From Yuukianura sp. NJ FZ-2021 (taxonomy: Eukaryota), in the NCBI GenBank assembly GCA_046563655.1, contig CM102287.1, forward strand, positions 2,294,001-2,358,000: 64,000 nucleotides of DNA, read 5' to 3'. Positions 12,173-24,319 of the stretch are shown piece after piece. The notes under the pieces were generated by a model. It saw only the letters and a list, made by a program, of their open reading frames with translations, was not told where the DNA came from and ran no database searches. Position numbers and translations under genes: made by a program. The first letter of the stretch is position 1. Each line of letters begins with the position of its first letter.

Positions 12173-12180
12173 TATAAAAG
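12173..12180 (+). promoter_or_regulatory. TATA box of the cuticle protein gene
   Basis: TATAAAAG about 80 bp upstream of the ATG at 12254. A matching polyA signal AATAAA follows the stop at 12933. Confidence 0.7.
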
Positions 12181-12253
12181 ACAAATGTAAACTTGGACCT
12201 CACAATCACTCCACATTTAGCTTCAAGTCAACCAAGTCAAGGGTCCCAGCGTC

Positions 12254-12843
12254 ATGAAACTCGTAAGTCAAGTCCCATTAATTTTCAAGTGTCTCTTCTT
12301 AACTTTTGTCATCTTCTCTAGTTCATTTGTTTGGTGTTGGTTGGTCTGAGTACTGCTGCTCCGCAGTCAGGAAATGTTCGTCGCCAGGCAGGGAGTCCAC
12401 CAAGGTCGTCGGATGAACCCATCCGCATTTTGCGTTTCGACAACGTCAACAACGGAGATGGGTCCTACGCCTATGGCTATGAAACTGAGAACGGAATCAG
12501 CGTCGGAGAAGAGGGCGTCGTCAGAGCTAGCAGAGGAGGGGAGCAAGTCCCGATCACGGCAGTCAAGGGCTTCTTCGAGTACTCGGATCCAGTCGGAGAC
12601 AAAAAACGAGTAAGTACTGGAGAACAGTACTACTTTAGTACTTGAGAAGAGTAGTTTGAACTTTCCTGTTGTTTGTAGGTGGACTACACTGCTGATGAGG
12701 ATGGATTCGTGCCGCGTGGAGCTCATTTGCCCACTCCACCTCCAATTCCAGAGGCCATCATGAAGTCACTGGCCATTCTCTACTCCAACGCTCAGCAACA
12801 GAAAAGACAGGAGAGGAGCAACCAAAACAGACCCCGTTTCTGA
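12254..12843 (+). CDS. RR-1 cuticular protein (chitin-binding R&R), 3 exons: 12254-12262, 12322-12609, 12679-12843
   Basis: Signal peptide [18 protein letters not shown]&R consensus [14 protein letters not shown]...[43 protein letters not shown]. Confidence 0.95.
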
Positions 12844-13432
12844 ACTTACTTCCACCACTTCAACTGTTCCGCTTTCAATAATTTGTAATGAACTTGTCCA
12901 TGCAATTGTGCCATTGAGCAGACAGTTTACGGAATAAACGATTAGGAAAAGTCAATGGAAAAGAGTTGGAAAGGCATGTGCTGTCCAGTTCCTTTCGGGT
13001 TCTTTTGGTGACCTCTTTCCGTGAATTCCATCCACTTCCGGATGCTTCATTTCATTCCGCATCTCTTGAGACCCTTATTTTGAGTACTTTGTTTTTAAGA
13101 GGCTGGAAGCGAGTGGTGGGAAGGGCTGGGTGCGCTGGAGTTCATTGGCATCTGAGCATACAAGTGGAGATGAGTGTATACGCAAATTCTTTTGTAGGAC
13201 GAGGGGAGAGATCATAGCAACACACAGAGGAGAGAGCATAGAGAGGAAGTAGGTGAAGGATTAATCCACAATTACTTCTCAATTAAGGATACTTTGAACC
13301 AGGGCACTCAACTACGGAGTAATCGTGTCTTCTGTTGCCCATATTGTGTCAGGTACGTCCACCACATTCACATTCACATTATTCAATTGATTCAATTGAG
13401 TAGTCAATTACTAATTAGATTTGCTGAGCGGA

Positions 13433-14912
13433 ATGTCGGGGGAAGAGCGGTCGCTCCAGGATTGTGAGACGTATGTCCAACGACACAACATCCAAGCTCT
13501 CCTCAAGGATTGCATCGTTCAACTCTGCGTCCAACGACCCAACAACCCCATCACCTTCCTCAAAGAGTACTTTCAACGACTGGATCAGGTACTTGTACTC
13601 ACTAATTAGTTATTCTCAACTAATCAAGTGTCTTTGTAGGAAGTGGGAGTGAGTGAACATGCTTGTGCTGGTGACCTTTCTCCGGAGGACACGGAGGACT
13701 TGTCTCCCCTGCCAAGGGCACAGCCCACTCGAAGGGGCGGAGTCAGTGCAGAGCCAGTCTCAGAGGAAGATGCCACGAGCTACGTCAAAAAAGTAACACA
13801 ATCATCTATCTAAAATGTACATTTTGGTATTTAATTGGTGTAATGTGAAACAGGTCGTTCCAAAGGACTACAAGACGATGGCTGCCCTCACGAAAGCAAT
13901 CGCCAAGAACGTCCTCTTTTCTCATCTGGACGAGGGGGAGAGATCAGAGGTTAGTTGGAATCTAATTAGTCAATTAACTTAGTTTAATTGTGAGTTGTGT
14001 TTGAGGTGTTTGATGCCATGTTTCCGGAGAGTTTCTTGGCTTCAGAGACGATAATCAAGGAGGGAGACGAGGGTAACTTTTTCTACGTCATTGATGCTGG
14101 TGAAGTGGAAGTTTCCAAAGAAGGCAAGTTTCTCACGAGCATCTGCGAAGGGGGGTCATTCGGAGAACTGGCACTCATCTACGGAACACCAAGAGCAGGT
14201 AACCAACATTCCAGCATTCTACATGGCTTTTGCAAGTATTGGCAATATTCCTAAATATATACTCATGTTTTCCCTATTTATTGCAGCAACCGTCAAGGCA
14301 AAGACGGATGTGAAGCTGTGGGTGATTGACAGAGATTCTTACCGGAGGATTCTCATGGGATCCACGATTCGAAAACGAAAAATGTACGAGGAGTTACTGG
14401 CCAAAGTGTCCATTCTGGGTGAGACTAAACTATGGAATTTCAAAGTGATTTGATTGACAAGTTAATTTTTGATGTAGAAAATCTGGATGAGTGGGAGCGT
14501 CTTACGATCGCTGATGCTTTGGAGCCCATAACTTTCGAGTGTGGTTCAACGATTGTGCGACAGGGAGAAAGAGGGGATGAGTTTTTTATCATCGTGGAGG
14601 GAGTTGCCGTGGTCACGCAAAACATCCACGACAACGAGGTCAAAGTGGGTGAGCTGGGCAAGTCAGACTACTTTGGGGAAATTGCGCTTTTGCTGGACCG
14701 ACCTCGTGCTGCCACCGTAAGAACTCAATTCCAATTGAAGTAAGGTCAAAGGTCATGACTCATTTTGGTTGTGATTGAAGGTGACTGCTGCCTCTCAGCT
14801 CAAATGCGTCAAGTTGGATCGAGCAAGATTTGAGAGAGTGCTTGGGCCCTGTGCTGACATTCTGAAGAGGAATATCCAGAGATACAACTCCTACGTCTCA
14901 CTCAGCGTTTAG
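13433..14912 (+). CDS. Pka-R1: cAMP-dependent protein kinase type I regulatory subunit
   Basis: Docking domain [22 protein letters not shown], pseudosubstrate RRGGVSAE, two cNMP cassettes ([32 protein letters not shown]). Stop TAG at 14910-14912. Confidence 0.96.
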
Positions 14913-16648
14913 TCCAACGCATGCGCAGTCCCCATCCCTTTGTCCATTTTAGCCACACCACAACCCTTAAGTTTCCTTGTCTTAGCTATTGTTTGAACGC
15001 TTTAGTTTGACTTTAGATTGTCGTAGACTAGGTTCCCTGCCCACCCTAGAATGTGAATCTCTGGAAGTAGTTGGCCTGTTGCTGACTAATTAGTTGTTTA
15101 GTTTGTACGATTAGCGTAGTTGTCCCTGCCCTGAGCAGTGTTCTGCTGGTCAGAGATGCCCCCTATCCCACCATCATCATAGTCATTAGCTCCACCTAAT
15201 AAGTTTCTCTCGTCTGTTCACTAAGGAATAAATTACAACAAAAACCCACTTCCACTTATACTCCATTCTCTTCATTTCATCGCAAATTTTAAAAATGATC
15301 GTTAGTATGATTTGTTGCTTAAGAATTAGTCAATAATTAGGAGTTGATTAATTGTTAATTAGTGACTAATTCTTATTGAATTCTATTTGTCCTGCGTAGT
15401 TGTGATGCCCATCTGTGAAGGAAGTAGAGGTGGGTGAAAGAAAAACGTGTTGTATTTCGTTGGTAGACCCAAATTTGAATTTCCCTCTCCTTTGATTACG
15501 GAATTAAAATTGATCCACTTTCCAATCAACCTCCACTTCCTCGCTAAGAGAATTACGTTTATTAATGAACTATCCTTAATTCTAATTAACAGTGCACTTA
15601 TTTTGCAGTTATCAATTGTAGCTTAATTGATTTCTTACAATTAACAAATTATCGGTGGTGAGTAATTGAGAGTGTAGTTGTACTGTTGTGTTGAGGTGGA
15701 ACCCAACCCACTTCTCCCCCTATGACGCATCTCCCCGCTTTCTCCAAATGTATAGTAGGCTATAAGATATAGGAAACAAACAGGAGTTTAGACGTGGTTG
15801 CACAAAACGGTTCCTACACTTCACCCTGCGCTCTCCACACGCCTCTACTTTGAATTATCTCAATTACTTTCACTAACCAACTTAATTAGTTGATTTTTAA
15901 CGAGTTAGGTGTGTCAATATAACTAGTGAAGCGTTTCATTAACTGGAATTAGTTTCATGTTTCTACAATTAATCTCTGATTTTTGGACAGTGTATTTCTA
16001 TATTGTCCAACTGCGGTTTGGCTAGTGGATCAACTAAGTTGGTGTGTTGTGTGCATCTCTTTACGAGATCAGTGGAAATTGAGGGGTGCGGAGATGAACT
16101 TTCTCTCATCTTCATCTCTCCTTTCTAAAAGTGATCTTCCCAAGTGATCTCTGTCGTATTCATCTTATCTTCACCCAACCATTTACTGTCACTAAACTTT
16201 GTGGTTTTACAGTTGACTGGGATTTGGGAATAGGGTTAAGTGTTTTCTCTTCAGACATTAGTTAGTCAATTTCTAGCTCGTCATTGACAGATCGGTGAGT
16301 CATAAAGATGTATTGATATCCTTCCTATTCAGTATTTGATTTGTTTATTCATTCTACAGACCCTTCTCCCACTGCCGAACGACTTGGGACTTCTGACGGT
16401 CGATCAATCAATCAGCATTCTACACAAATCAACAAAGCAGAAACGGAGTTTGGAAGAATCAGGTGAACATTTTTAATTGGACAAATTCCGGCTACCGACA
16501 GCTTAAAATTGATAGCAATACTTCTGGAATTCGGAGATTAGTTAATTGTTTGTTGTTTGTTTAGGTTGTGGGAGAGTAGAATTGGTGGAGTGAAGTGGCC
16601 GTCGTCATTATTGGGGAAGGGGAGTGGGTTGTGGGTGGGACGAACGGA

Positions 16649-19142
16649 ATGAGGTACCCTGGGAATGACGAAGGAGGTTAGCCATCTTATTCTCTCATTT
16701 ATACATTCATAGTCACGAAACATTGTTTTCATTTCATAAATGATATTTGCAGCAGCCCCTGGATCTGGCCAGTCTCCTCAATCGCAGTCTGGCTTAGGAA
16801 ACAGCAATGGAAAGGAAGACCAGAAGCCGAGATACTCCATTCCAGGAATCCTCCACTTCATACAGCATGAGTGGGCCAAGTTCGAAATGGAGAGATCATC
16901 TTGGGATCTAGAAAGAGCAGAACTCCAGGCAAGAATTGCTTTTCTGCAGGGAGAGCGCAAAGGTCAGGACAACCTCAAGAATGACCTAATTCGACGCATC
17001 AAAATGCTCGAATATGCTCTGAAACAAGAGAGGTAAGCCACTATGTCTTTCCTTTGTCTGTCCTTCCATTTCTTTATTTCCTTGTTTCTTTTAGAGTCAA
17101 GTTTCAAAAGTTGAAGTATGGAAGTGATGGTGGTGGTGAGGCAGTGAAGCCGCCTGACTTGGACCCAGAGATTCCTGAGCTCCAATCGGCAACTAACAAT
17201 GATGAGCCCATCACTTCGCAAGTGTCTTGGCGCCAAGGACGACAGCTTCTGCGACAGTATCTTCAGGAAATTGGCTACACTGACACGATCATCGACGTCC
17301 GTTCAAACCGTGTGAGATCACTCCTGGGATTGGAGGGTCCTGAACAGACTGGACTAGAGGAAAACGGATCACCAGAGAAACGAGGAATCGAAGTGAGCAG
17401 AAGGGCACCACCGAATCAGAAGAAGGTAAACTTTTTCCTCTTCAATTCCATTTCCATTCTGATTTTGTGTTTGTTTTAGTCTTTGGCTGAAGCAATGATG
17501 ATGGAGGCTGAATCTTCAGTCATGGCTAGTTTTGACTTTTTGTCGGGAGGAATGGACGTGGATGACGAAGAGATGGGAGATGACTTGGAAGACGCCGAGG
17601 AAGAGCTCAACAAGCCCAAGAGAAAGGCAAGGAATACTTTGTGCTTTACTGAAGTAGGATCTAATGATTATGCAATATGTTTGTAGGCTCTTTCTGATGA
17701 AGTTGATGCAGAGACGGAGGAAGTGCTGAATGAGTTTAGTTTTCTGGGATCGGATGAAGCTTCTGCTTACAAAAGCGAAGACTGGGGAACAGGCGGTGGT
17801 GGAGACGAAGTCAGTTTGGGCGAATTAGCCCAACTCACCGTCAACAACGACTCGGACATCACGATGGACGTTAGTTTCAAAATAAAAGTTAACTGTTGAA
17901 AGTAATGCTAAATTGGCTTCTATTTTACAGGTAACTTTAGACAAGGAAGCTTTTCGGAAGACATGGATGGCCAAGTACACTTTGCGAAGTCACTTTGACA
18001 GTGTGAGGGCTCTCGCTTTCCATCCCACGGAACAAGTTCTTCTTACTGCTTCAGAGGATCACACACTCAAACTCTGGAATCTACAGAAGACATCTTCCGG
18101 AAAAAAGTAAGCAAAAGAGTAACAGACCTCAATTAGTAGTAAGTTACTAAATTGTTCTGGATTTTTTTATTTTTGTTTTGGTTAGAGCGGCATCTTTGGA
18201 CGTGGAGCCACTGTACACGTTTCGTTCCCATTCGGGTCCTGTGACTTGTCTCGTCATGTCATCGTCAGGAGAGCAAGTCTTTTCGTCGAGTGTGGATGGA
18301 ACGATCAAGGTGTGGAATCTGCCCAGTTCCAACATTGACCCCTACGACTCCTTTGACCCCTCCATTCTAAGCAAAACACTCGTGGAGCACAAGGACGCAG
18401 TGTGGGGACTCAGTCTCCAAAGCCCAAATCGACTCCTCTCCTTCTCTGCCGACAAAACAGTGCGTCTCTGGGACCCCTCAGCCAAGACTCCCCTTCTCCA
18501 AACATACTCTTCAGACAAAGGTAACAACATCACTTTAGTAACTTTTAGTAAGCTAATTGTTGAATTCACTTGAATTGGTTGTAAATTCTCACTTTAATTG
18601 TAGATGGAGTTGTGCGAGCCATAGATTTTGTGAGAGACGACTCTTCTCACATGGTGGTTGCATATGATGGGACAGTGATTCTGCATGACCTGGAAACGAA
18701 GAAGGAGATTGTGTCGTTTGAGGGAGAGGGCACAGCAGGGGTCAACAAGGTCATCTGCCATCCCACACTTGCTCTCACCGTCACTGCTCACGAAGACAGA
18801 CACATTCGATTCTGGGACAACTCCACTGGCAAGATGCTCCATGCAATGGTCGCCCATCTCGACGCAGTCACCTCGCTCGCCCTCGACCCACATGGACTCT
18901 ACCTTCTCTCTGGAAGTAAGAAACAAAAACCAACGCTTATTTTTCTAATTTTAAATTGCGTCTTTTGTAAAGGTCATGACTGTAGCCTACGCGTTTGGAA
19001 CGTGGAGTCGAAGCAGTGTTTGCAGGAGATGACAGCTCATCGCAAGAAGTTCGATGAGGCCATTCATGACGTCGCTTTCCACCCCTCCAAGCCCTTCATC
19101 GCTTCAGCTGGGGCCGATGGACTGGCCAAAGTGTACACTTAA
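16649..19142 (+). CDS. Cka: Striatin family protein (Cka/STRN3-like; STRIPAK subunit)
   Basis: YSIPGILHFIQHEWAKFEMER...LKNDLIRRIKMLEYALKQER, GRQLLRQYLQEIGYTDTI, and C-terminal WD40 repeats ending ASAGADGLAKVYT. The ATG at 16649 is inferred from a phase-compatible short exon. Confidence 0.95.
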
Positions 19143-20043
19143 GGTTCCCCCTCTCAATTCCGTCATTTAGCACGCTGTATCGCAGAGATGGAGGAATGCA
19201 ATGCAAATAAGGGCCCACCACCCTTCCCTCGACTCAACCAGTTACGACCTTTAGGGACTTGACAAGTAATGGACTTTTCTCGGAAATAAAACATGTTTTA
19301 CCGTAACAGTCTCCGTTTACGGGGGTAAGTGGGGGTCGGAACTCCCGGTTTAAAGTGAAGGGGAACATAGCGATCACTAATCAACGTTTTCCCCTTCAAC
19401 ACTTCCCTCAACTCGTACTTCTTGTTTTGCTCAAATCGAAAACTAAACCACTTTTTACAATAATCGTTAAATTATTAACAATTGTTTACAAACTGCTATT
19501 TATTCAAGGTTTGTACTTGGAATGGAATTTTATTTTATGTTTATTTTATTCTGATTTGTTTTTGAATTTTGAAAGTGTTTCCCGCCCTTTGCGTCTCAAG
19601 TCCAAATATCGCATTGTCTAATCCACTGAAATCGCAGTCTGAAGTTTGGCGGGTTATCTGGAGATTAGTCATTCGCTTGACTTGTACTTGAGACAAAAGT
19701 GCGGGAAATCAGTTTCTAAATTCAAAAAGTTAAAATCAAAACAAAGTCAACAAAAGCAAAACAAGTGAGTTGCCGGAAGTTTTTAGGGTTAATTAGTTAG
19801 TTTAATTGTGTCATTAATCGATTAGTGAGTGTTTTTCATTAAGAAGTGCCAACTAACGATTCTGTACCCATTTTTGTAGGTATCAGTGGCTATACAGTGT
19901 ACATCTACAAGTTTGCAGCTTTCACCGTTCCGATTCCCGGTAAGCGGAAAACCAAATATTTCCATTCATACACATCATGAAGAGACGTTAAGTTTTAATT
20001 ACTTAATTAATAACATTGTAATTGCGATTGTGAAGGATTGAAG

Positions 20044-21839
20044 ATGCCTCCAACAGGGCTGGATTCCGCCTTACAACAACTCAACTCCCTCGACTTACCG
20101 AAACGATCAATCCACGATTCCACCAAAGAATTCACACATCTCAGACTTCTGCTCTTCAATCTCATGCGACACCACGAAGGGAATTCAGTTCTACTCATCG
20201 GACCCCCTGGCTCCGGAAAAACTTCAGTAAGTCCCCTCACAACGACTGTAATTGCTTATTAATCATTGATTCTTAACTTAAACTGATTATCTGTAGATGA
20301 TCACCACAGCTTTTGAGTCCGTCTTAGCAGACAACGACGAAGAGGATCTTCAACCTGCTAAAATTGTCAATCTGAGTGGTCTCTTGTCAAAAGATCTCAG
20401 AAGCTCCATCGCCACGCTTGTTCAAGAACTCAAAATGGAAACAGAGTTTGCACAACTCCTGGAGGAGGGAAACAATTTTGAAGGTAATGCAAAAGTATAC
20501 TCGACTTACTTCTTCTGAATACGTTGTCAACGTTTGCTTCTGTTTTAGATAGACTTGCCGATGTGCTTCAACTCCTCCGATCTTCCCTTGCAACAAAGTT
20601 CAAAGCCAAACCACTCGTCATTGTGCTGGATAGATTTGACCTGTTTACAGAACACCGAGCACAGGCACTTCTCTACAACCTCCTGGATACCGTCCAGCAA
20701 AAAGAAGTAACAATTCATACTTTATTACATTCTACAATTTATTCTAATTTTTTTTATATTGTAATTCTGTTAATTTTGATGTAGTCTCCTCTGTTGGTGA
20801 TTGGGGTGACTTGTCGCGTTGACATTTTGGAGTTGCTGGAGAAGAGAGTCAAATCCAGATTTAGCCACCGTGCTCTGTACCTGTCATGTCCTTCCATTTC
20901 CCACTACTTGACATTTGCCAAGGATCTCCTCACCATTGCCTCGGATTCGGTAAGCGCCGTTCAATTTTATTTCAACTTGAATTCTGAAACATTCCTATTA
21001 CTAAATTAGTTTTATTTTCAGAAGGTGGATTTGTTGTGGAATGCTTCCGTCGCTAATTTCTTTAGCTTGACAACAGTTGAAAGAGGGCTGCGTCGATTGT
21101 ACAAAATGGATAAGACTGTGGGCACTTTGGTCCAGTTTCTGGTAAGCCTCAACACACGTTCTACTATTTCCTTAGTTGTTTTGGTGGAATGGAAATTTAT
21201 AATTTAAATTTAATTCAATTTTAATTTAATTTAAATTTAATAAGTGTTAACAATGGTTTGTGTTTGCAGACGACTCTGTTGCTGTGTTGTGGAGAGGATG
21301 GTCTAACGGATGACCTCTGCACAAAAACACTGGACCAATTTGTAGGCAGTTCCACTCTCCAGCAAGTGCTGGACTTGACAGAAACTCAAATGTACATTGT
21401 AAGTGCCACTACCCTTTATGTTCCCTTAAATGTCCAAATTCTGACTTGGATTGTTTTGCTTTAGATGTTGGCTGTTTACCAAGTGACAAAGGGTGGAAAT
21501 GCAGCCTTCAACTTGAGCAAACTGGAAGACATTCTGCGTAAAGCAGAAGTTAGTTTAGCCAAGACTACTACTGGCAAGGAACAACTGGGCCTCGCCTTCC
21601 AGTATCTCGTTGTAAGCTACTTTTCAACTTTTATCAACTTGTGAGCCATTTATGTCCATCGACAACAGTTTGAAGAGTTGTTTTTGTTGTTGCAGAGGAA
21701 GGAACTGCTCACTGCTGTGGATGGAAAGGGAGATGGAGGCCGTGACAGTTTCTACAAGTGCGAAATGAGGGCAGAAGAATTGAGCCAAGCCATCAAAGCC
21801 TACCCTAACCTTCCTACCATCTTCCAAAGTCTCACCTAA
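20044..21839 (+). CDS. Orc4: Origin recognition complex subunit 4
   Basis: NSVLLIGPPGSGKT (Walker A), VLDRFDLF...QALLYNLLD, IGVTCRVDILELLEKRVKSRFSHR, C-terminal AIKAYPNLPT. Stop TAA at 21837-21839. Confidence 0.9.
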
Positions 21840-22367
21840 TCAGTAAGTAACTTCCATTTCCTCCATTTCACTTTCATTTCCTCAGTTTCTATCCGTCCCA
21901 TTACTTTTTCCATTGACAATTCGTTTAGTTAGGTCCTAAGGATGGAGAGACAGTGTGGAGGAACAAGAAAATATATGTTTTATTCAGTTAGAGAGCCAAG
22001 TTAGTGATTCCAAGTAATTAGGAAGAGGTGACTAAGTTAATAGCAGACTACTTGGACTCGCATTAAGTTTGTAATTAAAATTAGGTTGGTAACTACCAGT
22101 TCCTGGAAGGCCCCAGTATATTTAGCTCAGTGATTGTGATAATTCCTTACAATATTCAAAGGCTGCTGTGATTGTAGTGGCCGAATTGAGTTAGAATTGG
22201 ACTGTGTGTTGCATAAAATTGTACAAATGGCACTTGTGCCTTGCTCCCTTAAGGGTATCCCCTAGTAGGACCAGAACAGTGTTACACTTTGGGAAGTTAA
22301 GGCTATGGGCACTTTAGTTGAGAATAATAACATCACTCACTGGCAGGAGTTGATCACTTCACTTGAG

Positions 22368-22901
22368 TCATGACGATTGGAACATTTTGAGTAGCACAAA
22401 GAAGATAGGTAGCATTATGGATGGTCGAAGAGAGGGAGCTGCGTTGGGGTCACGACATTCTGAGTGGTCGATGGTGGACACGAAGCCCTGTCTGCACAGA
22501 CACACTGGCTTCGACTCCTTCTTCCGCTCAGTGTCTCCGCCCAGGAGAGTTCCTGTGTAGATCACGCACTCTGCTCTCTCATGACACTTGTGGTTGAAGT
22601 TAAGTCTACTCAAGGCCTCTTTGTCCTTGGGCAAGTGACAGGCTGTGCCCACCTTCCGACGACACTCCTCACTCTGTCTGTCGTAAGACAGTGCTGGTCC
22701 ACTGCAACCACACAAATGCCCTTGTGTGTACTCTTGACAACTGAGTCCTCTTCCAGCGTCACACTCGAACTTGGAGTCCAGCACTTCCAGTCCAGCAGGG
22801 TCGGGAACTTTACATGTCTGACCCCATCCTGCGAACTTGAGTTCTGAACAGAGCGTTGACTGGAGGAAGGAGATTGAGAGAAACAAAGTCCAGCACCACA
22901 T
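22368..22901 (-). CDS. Small secreted cysteine-rich protein (EB/EGF-like), probably GPI-anchored; CDS in a single exon
   Basis: True ATG, hydrophobic N-terminus, about 12 Cys in the mature region (CGC, CLC patterns), hydrophobic C-terminal tail IMLPIFFVLLKMF, minus-strand AATAAA near 21979. Confidence 0.8.
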   Translation of the reverse strand: MWCWTLFLSISFLQSTLCSELKFAGWGQTCKVPDPAGLEVLDSKFECDAGRGLSCQEYTQGHLCGCSGPALSYDRQSEECRRKVGTACHLPKDKEALSRLNFNHKCHERAECVIYTGTLLGGDTERKKESKPVCLCRQGFVSTIDHSECRDPNAAPSLRPSIMLPIFFVLLKMFQSS

Positions 22902-23829
22902 CTTCCAAGTATTTTCAGCGGCACTCGGTCTGAATCCAAACTAGAAGCAGAGTACTAGAGTTAGATTTGGTTAGTTTGAATGGATTGGTGATTGATATTG
23001 GTATGACTGTGTTTACTTTGTAATGGGGAGAGTATAGTTAGGAAGTCCTCACTTTTCCAGGGAAGATCCTTATGGAAGTGGACCTGTAATTGAATAGAAG
23101 TGATTAGCGAGAGATGAGTCAAGGTTTGCTTAGTAAATGGAGGAAGTGGAATCACTTGTCCCACTCATTGTTTACATTTCCACCTAACACCTTGTCATTC
23201 TATTATCTCTGCTCAAACTAATCCAAAAGTTAGGTTATTCTAATTGCTGGATAAGAAACAGCGAATGGAGCACTTACGCTTGATGTTTGTGTCAAATGGG
23301 AGTTTGAGGTGGAGCGTAGATGGAATCAAGTAGGAAACATTGTCAAGTGGAGCTGGAGAAGAGAAGTGGAGGTCACCTCTATGCATAGGAGACTGATGAG
23401 AGGAGGTCAAGGTCAAATCGTCAGTTGCCTTGGTTATTGTGTGATGCCAGAGTTAGGGATGCAGTGGAAGAACCAGATGATTGTTGTCAATTGGTAACTG
23501 ACCACGTCTCAATGTATCTAAAACAGAACACAGAGTCAGTGCTGAACATTGGAGTGGACATGTTGAAGTGTTGTTGATTTAGTAGTCACTTACCTCGTTA
23601 AGATGTGGATTCTTGGTACTAATTGAGTGTTTCTCTTTAGTGCTATAGTTAGTTTTAGCGCTGCTCCACTTTCCTTTGACTCATGATAAAGCCTGTTTAT
23701 TTCCAAAGTGGACCACTCCACACTCACTTGAACAACCGCCGAAAGCTCAATGATTGGCACAGTGTTCTGCTGTTGCCAAAATCTTAAGGATTTAGTATTA
23801 TGTAGGTCAATGTAGAGGATGGTACGACC

Positions 23830-24319
23830 CAAGGTAACTAAACAAAAAGACACACGAGCTTTCTAAGGTAGTCTCACGAGCGGTTTTTTCAATTTTTTTG
23901 GCGATATTTTTTAGTGGGGCGGATTGTTCGGTTTCCAAGGAAATAAAACTTTATAAAATTCCTACAAAGGTTGGTTGAGGTAAGAATGATGTGTTACTTG
24001 TAACCAGTATTCAGTATTTTACGAAAATCAACTATTTGCCATTGAGTTGCATTGAATTCGTAGTAATTATGAGCGTAAAATTTGTCTATTCCATTTTCCA
24101 ATCCTAAAACCAATCTACAACACTTAGCCCCATTATTGGCTACACTGGGTGGTTACAATGGAGGAATTTGATTTTGTACTCTGACCGAAGGAAAACGTTG
24201 TCAGAGCAAAGCTAAAAACAAACAATCCGCCCCACTAAAAAATATCGCAAAAAAAATTGAAAAAACCGCTCGTGAGACTACCTTAGAAAGCCCGTGTGTA
24301 TTTATGTTTAGTTACCTTG
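23830..24319. mobile_element. Non-autonomous DNA transposon (MITE), 490 bp, hAT- or P-type
   Basis: About 99-bp TIRs starting CAAGGTAACT (23830-23928 and 24221-24319, about 4 mismatches); perfect 8-bp TSD GTACGACC (23822-23829 and 24320-24327); no ORF. Confidence 0.92.

Noticed and set aside
19356..19398. 10-bp inverted repeat TGAAGGGGAA / TTCCCCTTCA downstream of the striatin polyA signal
   Set aside because: Short and isolated; not a meaningful terminator in a eukaryote.
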